Positions 63,382 to 64,000 of a stretch of 64,000 nt of DNA are shown here, piece by piece. The notes under the pieces were generated by a model. The model saw only the letters and a list, made by a program, of their open reading frames with translations, ran no database searches and was not told the DNA's origin. The DNA comes from Antedon mediterranea (taxonomy: Eukaryota > Animalia > Echinodermata): NCBI RefSeq assembly GCF_964355755.1, contig NC_092671.1:23696070-23760069 (forward strand), in the 5' to 3' direction. How positions within the stretch are numbered: position 1 is the first letter of the stretch; each line of letters opens with the position of its first letter. The position numbers and the translations under genes were made by a program.

Positions 63382-64000
63382 TAACTTTTCTGGCTGTTTA
63401 CTTTATCGTTTTGATTTAGCTTTTCGCTTTTTATTTTTGTATCTCCATTGAGATCCAGCCACTGATACCCACAGCATTGTCATTTTTTTCAGTAATTTGC
63501 CTTTGGATTTATATATATATATATATATAAACCAAACAAAAGTAAGGATAACAATGAAATAGTTATTATTATTAGAAATAATTGTATTAATCTGTTGAAG
63601 ATGAAATGAATAAATAGTGGTTAACGCCACAAAAGAGAAAAGAAAAACTCGCTTCGGTTGCGTACCACCTAGGTCATGTCCACAGATGGTTCTCGAATAC
63701 ACAGAAATGTCAGCGTAAAAATGGCGATTTCAAATGTACGTACCGCAGGACTATAAATACATTGTCGTTTTCAGAAACGAACAAATAGACAGGATGATTA
63801 ATGTAGTCAACTAATACCAATAATTATAAATTGTTCCTGACACCTTTTTAAAATAGCCTAAAAAGTCTGGACAATCTTTTTGGAATTTGTCGGTGAGAAA
63901 AATCACCCTTTTCCTAAAATCATATTCTTCATGACATGCTAATAACCCTTATGTAGGCCTATTATTAAATATAGAAAAAATGATTTGTTTTCGGACTGAT

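Larger units (their letters stand above)
60461..63510 (+). mobile_element. Penelope-like element with two pseudo-LTRs and tandem tRNA units, inserted in (TA)n
   Basis: 62123-62238 is repeated at 63343-63458; (TA)n at 60448-60460 and 63510-63528. Confidence 0.85.

Noticed and set aside
63640-63800. AAAATGGCG (YY1-like) and TATAAA as a host promoter
   Set aside because: Short motifs in the wrong order with no downstream gene visible in the window.

Overview
AT-rich eukaryotic DNA with an invertebrate-type repeat complement. It is almost entirely nested transposable elements and their relics; I found no intact host gene. Main structures: (1) a 5'-truncated, frameshifted Penelope-like element (Neptune-type RT + GIY-YIG, 60461-63510) whose two hammerhead-ribozyme pseudo-LTRs bracket three tandem units, each with a tRNA-like cloverleaf; the same unit recurs at 1.4 kb and 27.2 kb in (TA)n tracts. 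(2) A ~28 kb CCCAG...CTGGG element (28342-56311, TA duplication) with AACGTT-rich satellite arms. It splits a non-autonomous Helitron and holds spliced gene relics and about a dozen nested insertions. (3) At least nine 17-36 bp CA...TG micro-hairpins with 7-bp flanking duplications, resembling P-element excision footprints. (4) Academ-like, Kolobok-like, Tc1/pogo, Harbinger, IS3EU-like and Helentron-type (HINE) elements, plus several LINE 3' ends. Superfamily names come from terminal motifs, target-site duplication (TSD) length and remembered protein motifs, not from database searches. Coordinates were read by eye and may be off by a few bases.
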